From Octopus vulgaris (taxonomy: Eukaryota): a DNA stretch of 64,000 nucleotides. Location of the stretch: contig OX597838.1 in assembly GCA_951406725.2 (NCBI GenBank), forward strand, positions 37,262,001-37,326,000, given 5' to 3'. The position numbers and the translations under genes were made by a program. The notes below the pieces were generated by a model. That model saw only the letters and a program-made list of their open reading frames with translations, was not told the origin of the DNA and made no database searches. The first letter of the stretch is position 1. Every line of letters starts with the position of its first letter. Shown here piece after piece: positions 1 through 13,553 of this stretch.

Positions 1-1021
1 TGTACTATATTTATTATAATCTATACACATTTATGCTACATACATAGACATATATATGTGCATATATCTATAAGTACATGTATATGCATACATACAGACA
101 TATATATATATTCACACACACACATTATATATATACATATATATACATATATATACACACACACAAACATATGTATGTATATATGGCAGCCTGCATTCAA
201 TGCAGTCGTTCAATAAAGTCAATTAAATGTATGAAAGCGACTAAATTATAGGTCACTTTGTCAAACAAGCTGTCATTGACCAGGGGTTGTTGGGTGGTGA
301 CGGTGGTGGGTGGCAGTGGTAGTAGAACTGGCAATGGAAGTAACAGTGTTAGTAGTGTTAGTAGTTGTTGTTGTGGTGGTGGTGGTGGTGGTGGTGGTGG
401 TGGTTGTTATTTGGTTGGTTGCTCAGTCGGACATTTGGGCTGTCCGCCTGTCGGTCCTGCCTGCCTGTCTGTCTGTCCAGTGAATGGACTGTGTGTATTT
501 GTATTTGGAACTATGTGGTGGTGGTGGTGGTGGTCATCGTTGTCTTCTTGGTGTTGAGGGGTGCTGCTGTTGTTGTTGTTGTTGTTGTGGTGGTGGTGTC
601 GAGGAGTGTTGCTGTTGTTGGTGGTGTCAAGGGATGTTGTTGTTGTTAGTGGTGGTGGTCATAATGGTGACACAAATGGTGACTGTAATGGTAGTGGTAG
701 CCTTGGTGGTGATAGTGTTGGCAGTGGTACATGCAGTAGTGGTGATGGTAGTGGTATAGCTGCTGGTGGTGGTGGGTTGTATAGCTTGTTGGTTAATACT
801 TTTTATGGTAGAGAGAGATAACCATTAGCAAAGATGGTGTTTGTGTGTTAGTTGCTGTTGTGTACATGGTGGTGGTGGTGGTGATGATTGTTGTGGTGTT
901 TGTCTTGTGTTGGGTGCAGTGTTAGCAGCTATACTGGTGATTGTCTTCTACTATAGCCCCAGGCTGACCAAAGTCTCTCATGGGTGGTTTCAGTTGATGA
1001 AAACTAGAAGAAGCCATTATG

Positions 1022-1051
<30 letters not shown>

Positions 1052-1053
<2 letters not shown>

Positions 1054-1460
1054 CTCTTTACTCTTTTACTTGTTTCAGTCATTTGACTGCGGCCATGCTG
1101 GAGCACTGCCTTTAATCGAGCAACTCAACCCTGGGACTTATTCTTTGTAAACCCAGTACTTATTCTATCGGTCTCTTTTGCCGAACTGCTAAGGAACGGG
1201 GACATAAACACACCAGCATCGGTTGTCAAGCAATACTAGGGGGACAAACACAGACACACAAACACACACACACATACACACATATATATATATACATATA
1301 TATGACGGGCTTCTTTCAGTTTCTGTCTACCAAATCCACTCACAAGGCTTTGGTCGGCTCGAGGCTATAGTAGAAGATGCTTGCCCAAGGTGCCATGCAG
1401 TGGGACTGAACCCGGAACCATGTGGTTGGTAAACAAGCTACTTACCACACAGCCACTCAT
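1052..1460 (-). mobile_element. tRNA-derived SINE family A (about 400 bp, internal TA/TG microsatellite)
   Basis: Head gagtggctgtgtggtaagtagcttg..ggttcagtccc (A/B-box-like) and tail gactgaaacaagtaaaagag; many copies in the window. Confidence 0.85.
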
Positions 1461-1706
1461 ACTTACTCATATCGAAGGGAAATGGAAATCAATAGAAATT
1501 TCCATTTCCAGTGGCCTAGCATGTAAAAATTTAGTCCAAAGACTATGTATTAGTCATAAGATACAGTATACATTTAAACACAAAAGGAATCCACACGTGG
1601 GATTCAACACACTAGAAAGAACAGCTAGGTTCTATAACCACAAAATTAGGGATAAAATCCTGACAGGAACATAATGAAAAAATAAAAACTTTTAACCATC
1701 TAGATT

Positions 1707-1779
1707 CCTGGACCGATTGGTTTCTAATTTTAGTTTAGCAAATAAATAATATTCGCTTGGTGAAATCTTCATCATCAGG
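1707..1779 (-). ncRNA. Degenerate hammerhead motif (C3>A)
   Basis: ccug-aUGAUGA-long stem II (agcgaaua/uauuugcu)-GAA-accaaucggu-C-cagg; same family as 27311 (shared ccagtggcctagca flank). Confidence 0.55.
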
Positions 1780-1847
1780 TACACCTTAGATTAAATATAT
1801 AAAACACGAGGCAATCTACTATGTGCCTCTTGTTTAAATGTACACTG

Positions 1848-1889
<42 letters not shown>

Positions 1890-2182
1890 CAAACACTGAG
1901 ATTTGAAATCAGATGTCACTACTGTCCATGTCATCTGTGGATAAATTTAAAAATTGATATCACCACCAGTGACATAGGTGAATCGCAGGGGCAATAGCAT
2001 TAAATAGCTATGAATTATAAATTTATAGGAAGCGTAAGGATGCTTAACAAGCATCCACCTGCTAGAAATAAGAGCTAAAGTCTTAAATTTATCTCCCGTA
2101 CTGCACCAAGATAACAGAGGAAAACAGAAAGGATTAAAACATTTAACAGCACAAATAAAAAATATTATGCAATTAAGGATAT

Positions 2183-2237
2183 CCACAAACCAGGTTTCGA
2201 CTTCTGGGTATTTAAACCCTAAGCTTCATCAGTGTGG
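2183..2237 (-). ncRNA. Minimal type I hammerhead ribozyme motif (intact core)
   Basis: ccaca-CUGAUGA-agcuuaggguuuaaauacccagaaguc-GAA-accuggu-U-ugugg; stem I ccaca/ugugg, near-palindromic stem III, GUU site. Confidence 0.75.
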
Positions 2238-2292
2238 CCTACCGGGTCATAATCCATAACTGTCATGTTAAACTCTGACTGTGCAACATATA

Positions 2293-2361
<69 letters not shown>

Positions 2362-2448
2362 AAAGTTTACAACAAAATCAAAATACGAAGGCAGGTGATG
2401 TACAAAACAAACAAATGTATTAGTATAATGCTCAGGAATAGAAAAAGC

Positions 2449-2484
2449 CTTTTACGTTTCGAGCCTACGCTCTTCTACAGAAAG
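2449..2484 (-). ncRNA. Degenerate minimal hammerhead motif (A6>U)
   Basis: cuuu-CUGuAGA-agagcguaggcuc-GAA-acgu-A-aaag in an approximately 190-bp (TA)n-flanked element. Confidence 0.55.
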
Positions 2485-2570
2485 ATACACAGAAAAAACA
2501 AGGAGAGAAAAAAATGTGTGTAGTGGCTAACGATCTATCATGCGACTGATATATATGTATATATATATGT

Positions 2571-2968
2571 AGGCGCAGGAGTGGTTGTGTGGTAAGTAGC
2601 TTGCTTACCAACCACATGGTTCCAGGTTCAATCCCACTGTGCAGCACCTTGGGTAAGTGTCTTCAGCTATAGCCTCGAGCTGACAAAAGCCTTGTGAGTG
2701 GATTTGGTAGACGGAAACTGAAAGAAGCCTGTCTTATGTATATATATATGTGTGTGTGTATGTGTGTGTGTGTCTGTGTTTGTCCCCCTAGCATTGCTTG
2801 ACATGCTGGTGTGTTTACGTCCCCGTAACTTAGCAGTTCAGCAAAAGAAACCCGAAAGAATAAGTACTAGGCTTACAAAGAATAAGTCTTGGGAGTTGAT
2901 TTGCTCGACTAAAGGCAATGCTCCAGCATGGCCAAAGTCAAATGATTGAAACAAGTAAAAGAATAAAA
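2571..2968 (+). mobile_element. SINE family A
   Basis: Full-length copy, inverted relative to the copies at 1052 and 3647. Confidence 0.85.
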
Positions 2969-3646
2969 GTATATATACACACACACACACACATGCTGGA
3001 ATACTTCATGCAATGTGTCCTGTTTTAAAGATGATATTGAAGGAGTTTGCTTCCTCTTTCTAGCAGGTCAGCAACCACATAGCCACTGTTTTGTTGTTTA
3101 TGGAAAATACTGATGTTAGCACTGGTGGAGGTGGTGGTGGGCATACATAGATTGGTGATGGTGGCAGTGGTAGTGCTGTAATGCTTGTTGTTATGATTGT
3201 GTGCTGGGGGTGGTGGTGGGAGTGGGGTGGAGGTGTGGTGTTGGCAGTGAAGGCATTGCTTGTTATGGTCAGATACGAGAATGAAGATCTTTCATGTAAA
3301 ATGGTCGAAAATAAGGTGGGAGAAGCAGATAGGAATTGTCTGATAAAGGTTAAAGTTTCTAAGACAGACAATCCAAATCTGACCTTATTGTACTAGTTCA
3401 ATAACAGCAACAACAACAACAACAACAACAACAGTAGATGATGTAATTCTTTCAGATGAAAATACTGCTGGCAACAACAACAACAAAAAAAAATGTAAGA
3501 AAGAAAAACAAAAGGAAAAAAAATAAGAAAATATCTCAAAAATATGTTGAATTCAAACTAGAAATATCCAGAAAAACAGGAACTGGTATAGCTGTGTGGA
3601 TAAGCAACTTGCTTTGTAATCATATGGTTTTGGGTTCAGCCCCACT

Positions 3647-4050
3647 TTACTCTTTACCTCTTTTACTTGTTTCAGTCATTTGACTGCGGCCATGCTGGAG
3701 CACCACCTTTAGTCGAGCAAATCGACCCCAGGACTTATTCTTTGTAAGCCCATTGCTTATTCTATCGGTCTCTTTTGCCGAACCGCTAAATGACGGGGAC
3801 GTAAACACACCAGCATCGGTTGTCAAGCAATGCTAGGGGGACAAACACAGACACACAAACACATACACACACACACATATATATATATATACGACAGGCT
3901 TCTTTCAGTTTCCGTCTACCAAATCCACTCACAAGGCATTGGTCGGCTCGGGGCTATAGCAGAAGGCACTTGCCCAAGATTCCACGCTGTGGGACTGAAC
4001 CCGGAACCATGTGGTTGGTTAGCAAGCTACTTACCACACAGCCACTCCTG
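3647..4050 (-). mobile_element. SINE family A
   Basis: Full-length copy. Confidence 0.85.
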
Positions 4051-4312
4051 TGCTTTGTTGCAATCTTGGCTATCTTTTCTTTTACTATACTCCTAGGTTG
4101 ACCTAAGCCTTGTGAGTGAATTTGGTGCCTGGAAAGTGAAATAATAAAAAAAAAAAACATGTTTTTTATTGACCCTGAAAGAATGAAAAGCAAAGTCAGC
4201 CCTGATAGAATTTGAACCCTGAACGTAAAGAGCAGGGAGTGTAGATTTTGTCTGATGTATTAACAATTCAGCCAGCTTGCTACTTTGATGATAATAATAA
4301 TAATAATGATGA

Positions 4313-4346
<34 letters not shown>

Positions 4347-4631
4347 GGCAGTGGCGGCGGTGGCAGTGGCGGCGGTGGCAGTGGCGGCGGCGGCGGCGAG
4401 TAGTAGTAGTAGTAGTTCCAAATTTTGGCAGAGGGCCAGCATGCTTCGGGAGTGGTTAAGTAGATTACATCGACCCCAGTGTTCAACTGGTACTTATTTC
4501 ATTGACTCTGAAGTAATGAGAGGTAAAGTTAGCCTCAGTGGAATTTGAACTCTGAATGTTGAGATTGGAGAAAATGTCACTAAGCCTTTTGCCTAGCATG
4601 GTAATGACTCTGCCAGACCACCACCTGAATA

Positions 4632-4662
<31 letters not shown>

Positions 4663-4664
<2 letters not shown>

Positions 4665-5225
4665 CCCCGATGCAGTACCAGGCAGTGACTCTAATGGCTT
4701 TTGATCTTAACTGACTGAGAGTGTTATCATGTACATTGTTTTGTCTTGGTATAAAAGATGGGCTACAGCAAATATTCTGCTCAATACCACAGATTTGCTT
4801 GTCAGTTGCTTGACCTTAACCAGTTGAGCATGTCCCTTAGTGGCTGACGATATGTGCATCTCTGATCAGGAGCAGAAGTAGTCGGGGAGCATCATAGCCA
4901 TGTGTTGAGAGGAATTCTTTGGGGTTTGGATAATTCACCTTTGGAAACATGGGTGTTTTGTTCAACATCCTTAAACAACCCTTAATCAGGGACCTTTTGA
5001 GAGGGATGGGTTACCCAACCAGAAGAAAATTCTAACTGGGCCCCACCTGCAAGGTCATACACTGTTTATTTTGATATGAGGGCACCGTTTTGCACACATA
5101 TGATTTGTGATGCATGTGCCTGGTGTACCCTTAATCAGACAGGTAGTCATGATGGGTACACAGGGTTTCGTATATTTTCACCCCAGCATCGCAATGATGA
5201 TATGTGCTGCTCTGTTACTCCATAA
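4663..5225. mobile_element. Interspersed repeat family D (inverted partial copy at about 23980-24380)
   Basis: Shared ggtataaaagatgggctacagcaaatattctgctcaataccacagatttgcttgtcag sequence. Confidence 0.7.
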
Positions 5226-6129
5226 TAATAATCATCATCTATTCTACTACAGGCACAAGGTCTGGAATTTGGATGGAGAAGGTTAGTGATTTACATTGAC
5301 TCCAGTATTCCGCTGGTATTTATTTTATTGACTCTGAGAGGATGATAAGTGAAGTCAGTTTGAGCAGGATTCGCTAAGAATATCAACGCACATGTATAAA
5401 GGTCCATCTTTAAACATTTGCAGAAGAGGGGAAATAGCCATGTTGGAGACATTAACTTGAATGAAAAGAAACTGTACAAACGCCTACAAGGGTCCCTTGT
5501 TGAGGTACACACAGCAACAACGGGGACCTTGTGGTGGATGCTTTATGACTGGTATGAGTTTATATTAACTCCCATCTGTTTCTTATTTCTTTGCTGCCCA
5601 CAAGGGGCTAAACACAGAGAGGACAAACAAGGACAGACAAACAGATTAAGTCGATTATATCGACTCCAATGCGTAACTGGTACTTATTTAATCGACCACG
5701 AAAGGATGAAGGGCAAAGTCGACCTCAGTGGAATTTGAACTCAGAACATAGCGGCAGACGAAATGCCGCTAAGCATTTCGCCTGGTGTGCTAACGTTTCT
5801 GCCAGCTCGCCACCTTAAACTCTCATCTGTTTCTGTGAAGGTGTGAAACCTAGTGGTTAGGGAGTCATACTCACAATGTTGGATAGTAGGTTCAATTCCT
5901 AAGCCAGTTGGCATGTTGTGTTCTTGAACAAGACATTTCATTTCATGCTGTAAAAGGTGACTAAAGAGGCTGAGGCAGGAATTGCACCGTGATCACGTAA
6001 AAGCCTCACCAGCAACAGCTACCCTACACAGACACCCATTGCTCGGAGGATTGTTACCTGAGTAAGTTGCAAAGATGTCATCGACAGGAGTGGGAAATCA
6101 CCAACAAAAAGTGGATTATGCAGTATGTC

Positions 6130-6700
6130 CTTTTCTACTCTAGGCGCAAGGCCTGAAACTTTTGGAGAGGGGTCCAGTCAATTAGATTGAGCCCAGTACA
6201 CAACTGGTACCTAAGTTATCGACCCCGAAAGGATGAAAGGCAAAGTCGACCTCAGCAGAATTTGAACTCAGAAGGTAATGACAGACGAAATACCTATTTC
6301 TTTACTACCCATAAGGGGCTAAACATAGAGGGGACAAACAAGGACAGACAAACGGATTAAGTCGATTACATCGACCCCAGTGCGTAACTGGTACTTAATT
6401 TATCGACCCTGAAAGGATGAAAGGCAAAGTCGACCTCGGCGGAATTTGAACTCAGAACGTAGCGGCAGACGAAATGTCTATTTCTTTACTACCCACAAGG
6501 GGCTAAACATAGAGGGGACAAACAAGGACAGACAAACGGATTAAGTCGATTACATCGACCCCAGTGCGTAACTGGTACTTAATTTATCAAACCTGAAAGG
6601 ATGAAAGGCGGAGTCGACCTCAGCGGAATTTGAACTCAGAACATAAAGACAGACAAAATACCGAGCATTTTGCCCGGCATGCTAACGTCTCTGCCAGCTC
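6130..6700 (-). mobile_element. SINE family B head-to-tail multimer (about 184-nt units)
   Basis: Repeated gcctttcatcctttcggggtcgataaattaagtaccag core (on -) with junctions gacgaaa-tacctatttc at about 6290 and 6474. Confidence 0.85.
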
Positions 6701-7158
6701 CACAGCACATGTCGCCACACCACTACAACTACCCCTACCTCTACCGCTACTATTCAGTCTATATCCAAATGTTAATATATTTATTGCCGGAGGACACAGC
6801 TCCAACCACGATCATGTCTCTGAATATTTCCAGACTGATCAAGGACCTGGCAATTGTCATCAATGATGCCACCAACCCACTTAAATGGTGTTCGCAGTTG
6901 TTGTTAGCCGAGTCATTTATCAATTTCATTCCCAATGTACTTTTCCATTCAGCTGTCTCTTACTAAATCAGATCTTTTGTTGCAGCTCGTAGCCAGTAGC
7001 TTTCCTCTTATTGTCGACCTGTCACTCTGTTTGCTTTTGTGGAATATTTACCATAGAGTAGATTCTATTTATTTATTTATTTACTCGTTAAATTCCTTTT
7101 ATTTACAGTTTATTTTTGAAATTCTATTTCAATTTTTTTGTCTTTCTTGGATTTCTAT

Positions 7159-7333
<175 letters not shown>

Positions 7334-7524
7334 TTTAGCTCTTCTGTTCTGTTGTTCTTCTCTGAATGTTTTGTTTTAGTTAAAAAGAAAAACAAAATGA
7401 CCAAGCATTTAGTGTCGTATAAATGGTAACAGAACTACTAGTAAGCAAAGGAGATAAGAGTTCAACTCCAGATAGTGGATCTCAGTTGTCATGGGTTAGA
7501 TAGTAAGCATAAAACAGTAATATA

Positions 7525-8672
7525 CAGGGTGTATAAAGTATTTGAGGACATACATTTTTGGGGTCATTGCTGCATTTTTTGCTAACTCTGTATAATCTTT
7601 GTTTCAAAAAATAATAATGGCAGACCCTCAGCTTACTCACAAAATGAAGAGGTATGCTGTTATTGTGGTTATAAAGGCTGAGCATAGCGATTTAGAAATA
7701 TCTCGATTTTTAAAAGTTGCCAGGTCTTTTGTCTACAAAGTTTGTAAGGAACTAGAGACTGAAGATGGAAATGTATCACCAGTATCAAAGCATAAAATGC
7801 ATTCTAAACACTCTGAAATCATCAGGACACCTGAAGTTATCTAGCAAGTACAATGGTGCCCCATCATGGCCACGGCCTTCGGGCTGAAACATTTTTAAGG
7901 ATTTAAGACCATTGATTACAATCCCAGAAAATCCATGAGGTCAATTGCAAAAGATCTGCATGTGTCAGAAGGAACAGTCAGAAATGTTGTCCATGAAGAC
8001 ATCAGATATAAGTGTTATATGATGAGGAAAGGTCAATTTGTCAGAAAAAGCTAAAGAAAATCACTATGTCAGATCTAAAAGGCTCTTAAACAAACTGAAA
8101 AATCCAGCAGAAGAAGGTTTAGTTTGGTCTTTCTCAAACAAGAAAATCTTTGACCACGATCAAAGAGTTAACAGAAGAAATGACAAACTGTTATGTGCAG
8201 ACCCTTCTGAAGTTCCAAGTGTTATGCATGCAAAACTTCATGTAACTATCATGGTTTTAGGGTTTGTCAGCAATGAAGGACATGTTATGTCTCCTTACTT
8301 CTTTCCGCAAGGCCTTAGATTTAATTCTGCTGCCTCCATTGAGGTCCTGGAAATAATTAAACCCTGGATGGACAGTGAATGCAATGGAAGGCCATATATG
8401 TTTCAGTAAGACTCTGAACTTTCACACATGACTCTAGTAACACGGGAATGAATTGCTGAAAATTTTCATGATCACATGACCCCCTAACATTTGGATCTCA
8501 CATAGAAGCAGTTGTTGAAGCTGAAGGTGACTTTATTGAATAGCATTATAGAAAAGAAATTTTATTTTTTATCCTCATAGCATTTTTTGATAAATAAATT
8601 TATTATCTGTTATTATATATCTGTTTTTTTTTTACAAACATAAATCAGTCCTCAAATATCTTATGCACCCTG
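7525..8672 (+). mobile_element. Decayed Tc1/mariner-superfamily DNA transposon (maT/DD37D-like)
   Basis: TA-flanked TIRs CAGGGTGtataaagtatttgaggac and gtcctcaaatatcttatgCACCCTG. Transposase fragments 7599-7844 (HTH region) and 8038-8409 (WSFSNKKIFDHDQRVNRRND, VLGFVSNEGHVMSPYFFPQGLR, KPWM..CNGRPYMFQ) have stops and frameshifts. Confidence 0.9.
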
Positions 8673-8715
8673 TATTATACACAAAAATTCATGTATAGCT
8701 ATTATATATAATACG

Positions 8716-8747
<32 letters not shown>

Positions 8748-8864
8748 TATATATATGGCCTGCAAGCTTAGCCAGCGGGCTGGCATCATTTGAAGGCTAA
8801 AACAATGCGAAGCACATTGTGACCAGCAATGTGTAACAACATCTGATAACCAGGTCAGTCACGA

Positions 8865-8907
<43 letters not shown>

Positions 8908-8910
8908 TTC

Positions 8911-8958
8911 ATTCAAAGCAATGATCAGTAAATTCACGAAACCGGTATGCTTTTGAAT
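8911..8958 (+). ncRNA. Degenerate minimal hammerhead motif (two core changes)
   Basis: auucaaagca-aUGAUcA-guaaauucac-GAA-accggu-A-ugcuuuugaau. Confidence 0.5.
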
Positions 8959-9156
8959 CTCTTTAACAATTCACTATAATGACTTTTATTACTTTTATTC
9001 CTACCTCAGTTCATCTAATTTTATATATCTATCGTTACTTTTCATAAAAACCCTTTACTTCTTTTAATTTCCAATGTGGATTTTCACTTATTTTTCTTCT
9101 TACTTTCCCCTTACATTTCCACGTGTAGTTTCTATTTTCTTTTTGTAACATATTTC

Positions 9157-9201
<45 letters not shown>

Positions 9202-9262
9202 TATAGAAGGAGCTTCTACAGGACTAGTACTGTTTCATTCAAGAGAAATCTTCAGGAAGCTC

Positions 9263-9319
9263 AGGAGCTTCCTGAAGATTTCTCTTGAATGAAACAGTAC
9301 TAGTCCTGTAGAAGCTCCT
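9263..9319 (+). ncRNA. Type I hammerhead ribozyme motif (intact core; mirror copy on - strand at about 9208-9262)
   Basis: aggagcuuc-CUGAAGA-uuucucuugaau-GAA-acag(uacuaguc)cugu-A-gaagcuccu; 9-bp stem I, GUA site at 9310. Confidence 0.75.
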
Positions 9320-10039
9320 TCTATATAATAAATTAATTTTACTCTGCTATGTATTGAGTACCTTACTTACTGTGGTTTAACCCCGAATCAACCCGGGACC
9401 TACATATATATATATATATATATTTTACATGTATACAAAGTCCAAGGATTGAGGTGCAGGAAGGAATTTAACTTCAAGCAATCCATAGTAAATATAAAAA
9501 CAACTTTCAGAGACAATAGTGGTTTATTGAAATGGAAGGTTGCGGATCTTTTTTTTTATAGTAGGTGACTAGGGTTTCTGGGTATGTGAATAAGAATACA
9601 AGAGTTAAGGAATAGAGTATATAAGATCCAGGCTCCATATGTTTCATAGTGAGCAGAACTTTGGAAGTGGCAAATATCCAAGTGAGGTACATACCACAGG
9701 CTACTCAATAAGTGAAGGGTATCCTGATTAAATGAAAGTTGACCTTGTTGCAAGGAGGTAAACAACCATCCGTCTCAGTAAACCACTCTTGTCCCTGAAA
9801 GTTGTTTTTTATATTTACTATGGATTGCTTGACGCTATCCTTCCCTCTATACCTCAATCCTTGGATCTTATATTCATGTATCACTTGTTCTGAATCTAGT
9901 GAATGCTAACCGTGTGGAAGACACAGAAACGGAGAAAATGAAATTAAACTTGTCACTTAAGGATATCTCACTTATCAACAAAACTGAATTCATGAAACTC
10001 ATTATTCACGCTACAAACGAATTGATTTGACAGATGCGA

Positions 10040-10630
10040 TGGAAAGCCTTCTTCCCCCTCTCCACTCCTACTGTGCACTGCACGATGCTATCTGTGGTAG
10101 TTTTCCTCGACAAAACTTTCATCAGAGAGGGACCAGTGTGCATCAATGGTATATACGAGGTGGCGAGCTGGCAGAAACGTTAGCACGCCGGGCGAAATGC
10201 TTAGCGGTATTTTGTCTGCGTTACGTTGTGAGTTCGAATTCCGCCGAGGTCGACTTTGCCTTTCATCCTTTCGGGGTCGATAAATTAAGTACCAGTTACG
10301 CACTGGGGTCGATGTAATCGACTTAATACCTATGTCTGTCCTTGTTTGTCCCCTCTGTGTTTAGCCCCTTGTGGGTAATAAAGAAATAGGTATATTGAGT
10401 CCCTCCTTGTGGATCAAATGTTGAATAGCTGCAGTTGTTCTGTCATCAAAGTAGGGCAGTTTAGGAAGCATTTTTCCATCTTGGTGTTTAGGGCCTTCTT
10501 ATGCTGTATGCCCACTTTTATGTGTTTCGTGGATGCAATTGTTTAGTTGCAGATGGTGGATAACCATTGTGTGCTAAGTTTCTGAGGAAATATATGGTGT
10601 TGGTAGATTTGTCCACTGCTTCACTGCATT
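10040..10630 (-). mobile_element. Penelope-like element fragment interrupted by a SINE
   Basis: Minus strand [10 protein letters not shown] and KLPYFDDRTTAAIQHLIHKEGLN, continuing HTGPSLMKVLS after the SINE at 10158-10391; NGYP and LPY motifs follow PLE RT domains. Confidence 0.5.
10158..10391 (+). mobile_element. SINE family B (about 235 bp)
   Basis: Head gcgagctggcagaaacgttagcacg..gagttcgaattcc (B-box-like) and tail gggtaataaagaaatagg. Confidence 0.85.
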
Positions 10631-10659
10631 GTATATGTATATATATAGATATATGTATA

Positions 10660-10695
<36 letters not shown>

Positions 10696-11878
10696 TATAT
10701 ACACACATACATGCACACATATATATGAGTGTGTGTATATGTACATATATGGCTACAGATACGTATATATATTGATGTATGTGAACATACATATATGTAT
10801 ATATATATATCTATTTCTTTATTACCCACCACCACAGCCCCTGCCGCTAACTCTTCCTTACACTCTTGAACTCCACTCACATTCTACTACTATACACACA
10901 CATACACATGCATGTGCATACACATAATCACTACAATACCTATTTCTTTACTACCCACAAGGGGCTAAACACAGAGGGGACAAACAAGGACAGACATAGG
11001 TATTAAGTCGATTATATCGACCCCAGTGCGTAACTGGTACTTAATTTATCGACCCCGAAAGGATGAAAGGCAAAGTCAACCTCAGTAGAATTTGAACTCA
11101 CAACATAACACAGACGAAATACCGCTAAGCATTTCACCCGGTGTGCTAACATTTCTGCCAGCTCACTGCCTTATGTATATATATATATATATATATATCA
11201 TCATCATACATCCACATAATATGCTAGCATGGGTTGAACGATTTGACTGAGGACTGGTGAACCAGGCTCTAATCTGATCTGGCAGAGTTTCTACAGCTGG
11301 ATGCCCTTCTTAACGCCAACCACTCCAAGAGTGTAGTGGGTGCTTTTACATGCCACCAGCACAAGAGCCAATCAGGCGGTATTGGCAATGGCCACCCTCA
11401 AATGGTGTTTTTTACATGCCACCTGCACAGGAGCCAGTCCAGCGGCACTGGCAACGACCTTGCTAGAATGTTTTTTCACGTGCCACTGGCACAAGTGCCA
11501 GTAAGGCGACGCTGATAATGATCATGCTTGAATGGTGCTTGTTATATATATATATATATATATATATGTTTGTGTGTGTGTGTATATACATATATGTGTA
11601 TATGTATTTAGGTGTGTATATATGTGTATACATGTCGATACTATATGTGTGTGTACACATGTCTAAGTGTGTATATATACATATATTTATATATATTTTA
11701 TATATATATACACATACACACACACACATATATATATATACTCTTTGTTATTTGCAGGGCAGAGTCCAAATCCTGTGAACTTTATACATCCCAGAGTCGA
11801 AGACTGGATAGTACATCTTCACTGTTTTCATCTATCAAGTAAGTTACTCAACTCAGGTTTTTGATGCCGATTAGGAAA

Positions 11879-12264
11879 TCTTTATATATAAAAGTCAAGT
11901 TGTGTGTCTGTCTCCTACGATTTAGATTCCTAACTACTCCCACATTTTGCAGTGCAGTTTAACCAAAACCGGGTATCTTATAGTCGTGATTCATATCAAG
12001 CCCTTCTGGGTATTAACGCGCGTCTACAATGAGTCTACGATTTAAAAAAAAATTTACCATAATTTTTTTTCCATTTTAATGCATTTTTTCACTATTATAT
12101 AAGGGAAGTAACTCTCTAAAAATGTCTACGATGAGTCAACGATTGATAAAAAATTTACCATCATTTTTTTTCCATTTTTAATGCATTTTTTTGCTATAAC
12201 TCTCTAAAAATGCTTTATAGTTATTTCCCTTACAAACCCGAGCAACACCGGGCGATACTGCTAG
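11879..12264 (+). mobile_element. Non-autonomous Helitron
   Basis: A|TC 5' end, subterminal hairpin cccgagcaacaccggg, CTAG|T 3' end; homologous to 44475-44987 and 50930-51769. Confidence 0.8.
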
Positions 12265-12344
12265 TTAACAATAATAACCATAAGAACAGGCTAATGCTTT
12301 GACATTTGGCAGTTAACTATTTCAGCACTACAAATCTTGTACAA

Positions 12345-12536
12345 ATTATATACTGTTGCTGAAGCATGGAATAAACTGCCTGCGTCAGTTGTTGACTGCC
12401 ATGACACTGCATCCTTTAAGGCCCTCATGCTTTCCGAAATCCGTCGAAACTACACCTGATTATATATGCACTTTAGATGAGTTGTAGTGCACCTGAGCAC
12501 TGTACACAATGTTTATTATTATTATTATTATTATTA
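12345..12536 (+). mobile_element. CR1/L2-type LINE 3' end
   Basis: VAEAWNKLPASVVDCHDTASFKALM followed by a short UTR and (ATT)n tail. Confidence 0.65.
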
Positions 12537-12574
12537 TATTATACACGTGTGTGTATATAAACATTCTTTTTTTT

Positions 12575-12777
12575 TTTTACTTGTTTCAGTCATTTTGACT
12601 GCGGCCATGCTGGTGCACCGCCTTTAATCGAGCAACTCAACCCCGAGACTTATTCTTTGTAAGCCCAGTACTTATTCTATCGGGCTCTTTTGCCGAACCG
12701 CTAAGTGACGGGGACATAAACACACTAGCATCGGTTGTCAAGCAATGCTAGGGGAACAAACACAGACATACAAACAT

Positions 12778-12810
<33 letters not shown>

Positions 12811-12982
12811 CATATATACGACAGGCTTCTTTCAGTTTCCATCTACCAAATCCACTCACAAGGCTTTGGTCGGTCCGAGGCTTTAGTAGAAGACACTTGC
12901 CCAAGGTGCCACGCAGTGGGACTGAACCCAGAACCATGTGGTTGGTAAACAAGCTACTCACCACACAGCCACTCTTGCACCT
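12575..12982 (-). mobile_element. SINE family A
   Basis: Full-length copy. Confidence 0.85.
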
Positions 12983-13238
12983 ACATATATATATATATAA
13001 CAAATGACAGAGATGGAAAATGGAATATACAGGATGCTTTATGCTTGTTGTTAACAATAAAGTGTCTCGTATATTCCATTTCCAATCTCTATCCTTTGTT
13101 ATGTATTCAACAGACATTGAGGAATTCCTGAGGTAGATCCAGTGACAATTGTATAAATACCATAAATGGCGTCAGCCATAAGCAGTGAACGTGCTTTGCC
13201 GGCTAACTACCAGGGACGTACCTAATACTTAAATAATT

Positions 13239-13298
<60 letters not shown>

Positions 13299-13553
13299 AA
13301 TGTAAGATAAAAATTTTTTTTTTCGAAAAAAAATTATTTTCGAAAAAAATTTTATCAATGGCCAGCATATTAAAAAATACCTTTAAAGGTTAAATTTATA
13401 AATAATTCATAAATAAGGGCAAATGAAAAAATTTCTAATGCCAAATATGCCGAAAAATTGGACATATTGTCCATTAACCATATAATTTTTTCACAATACG
13501 CACACTACTCGAAAAAAGGTCGACAGAAATTTCTAAAACAGTTCATTATTACC

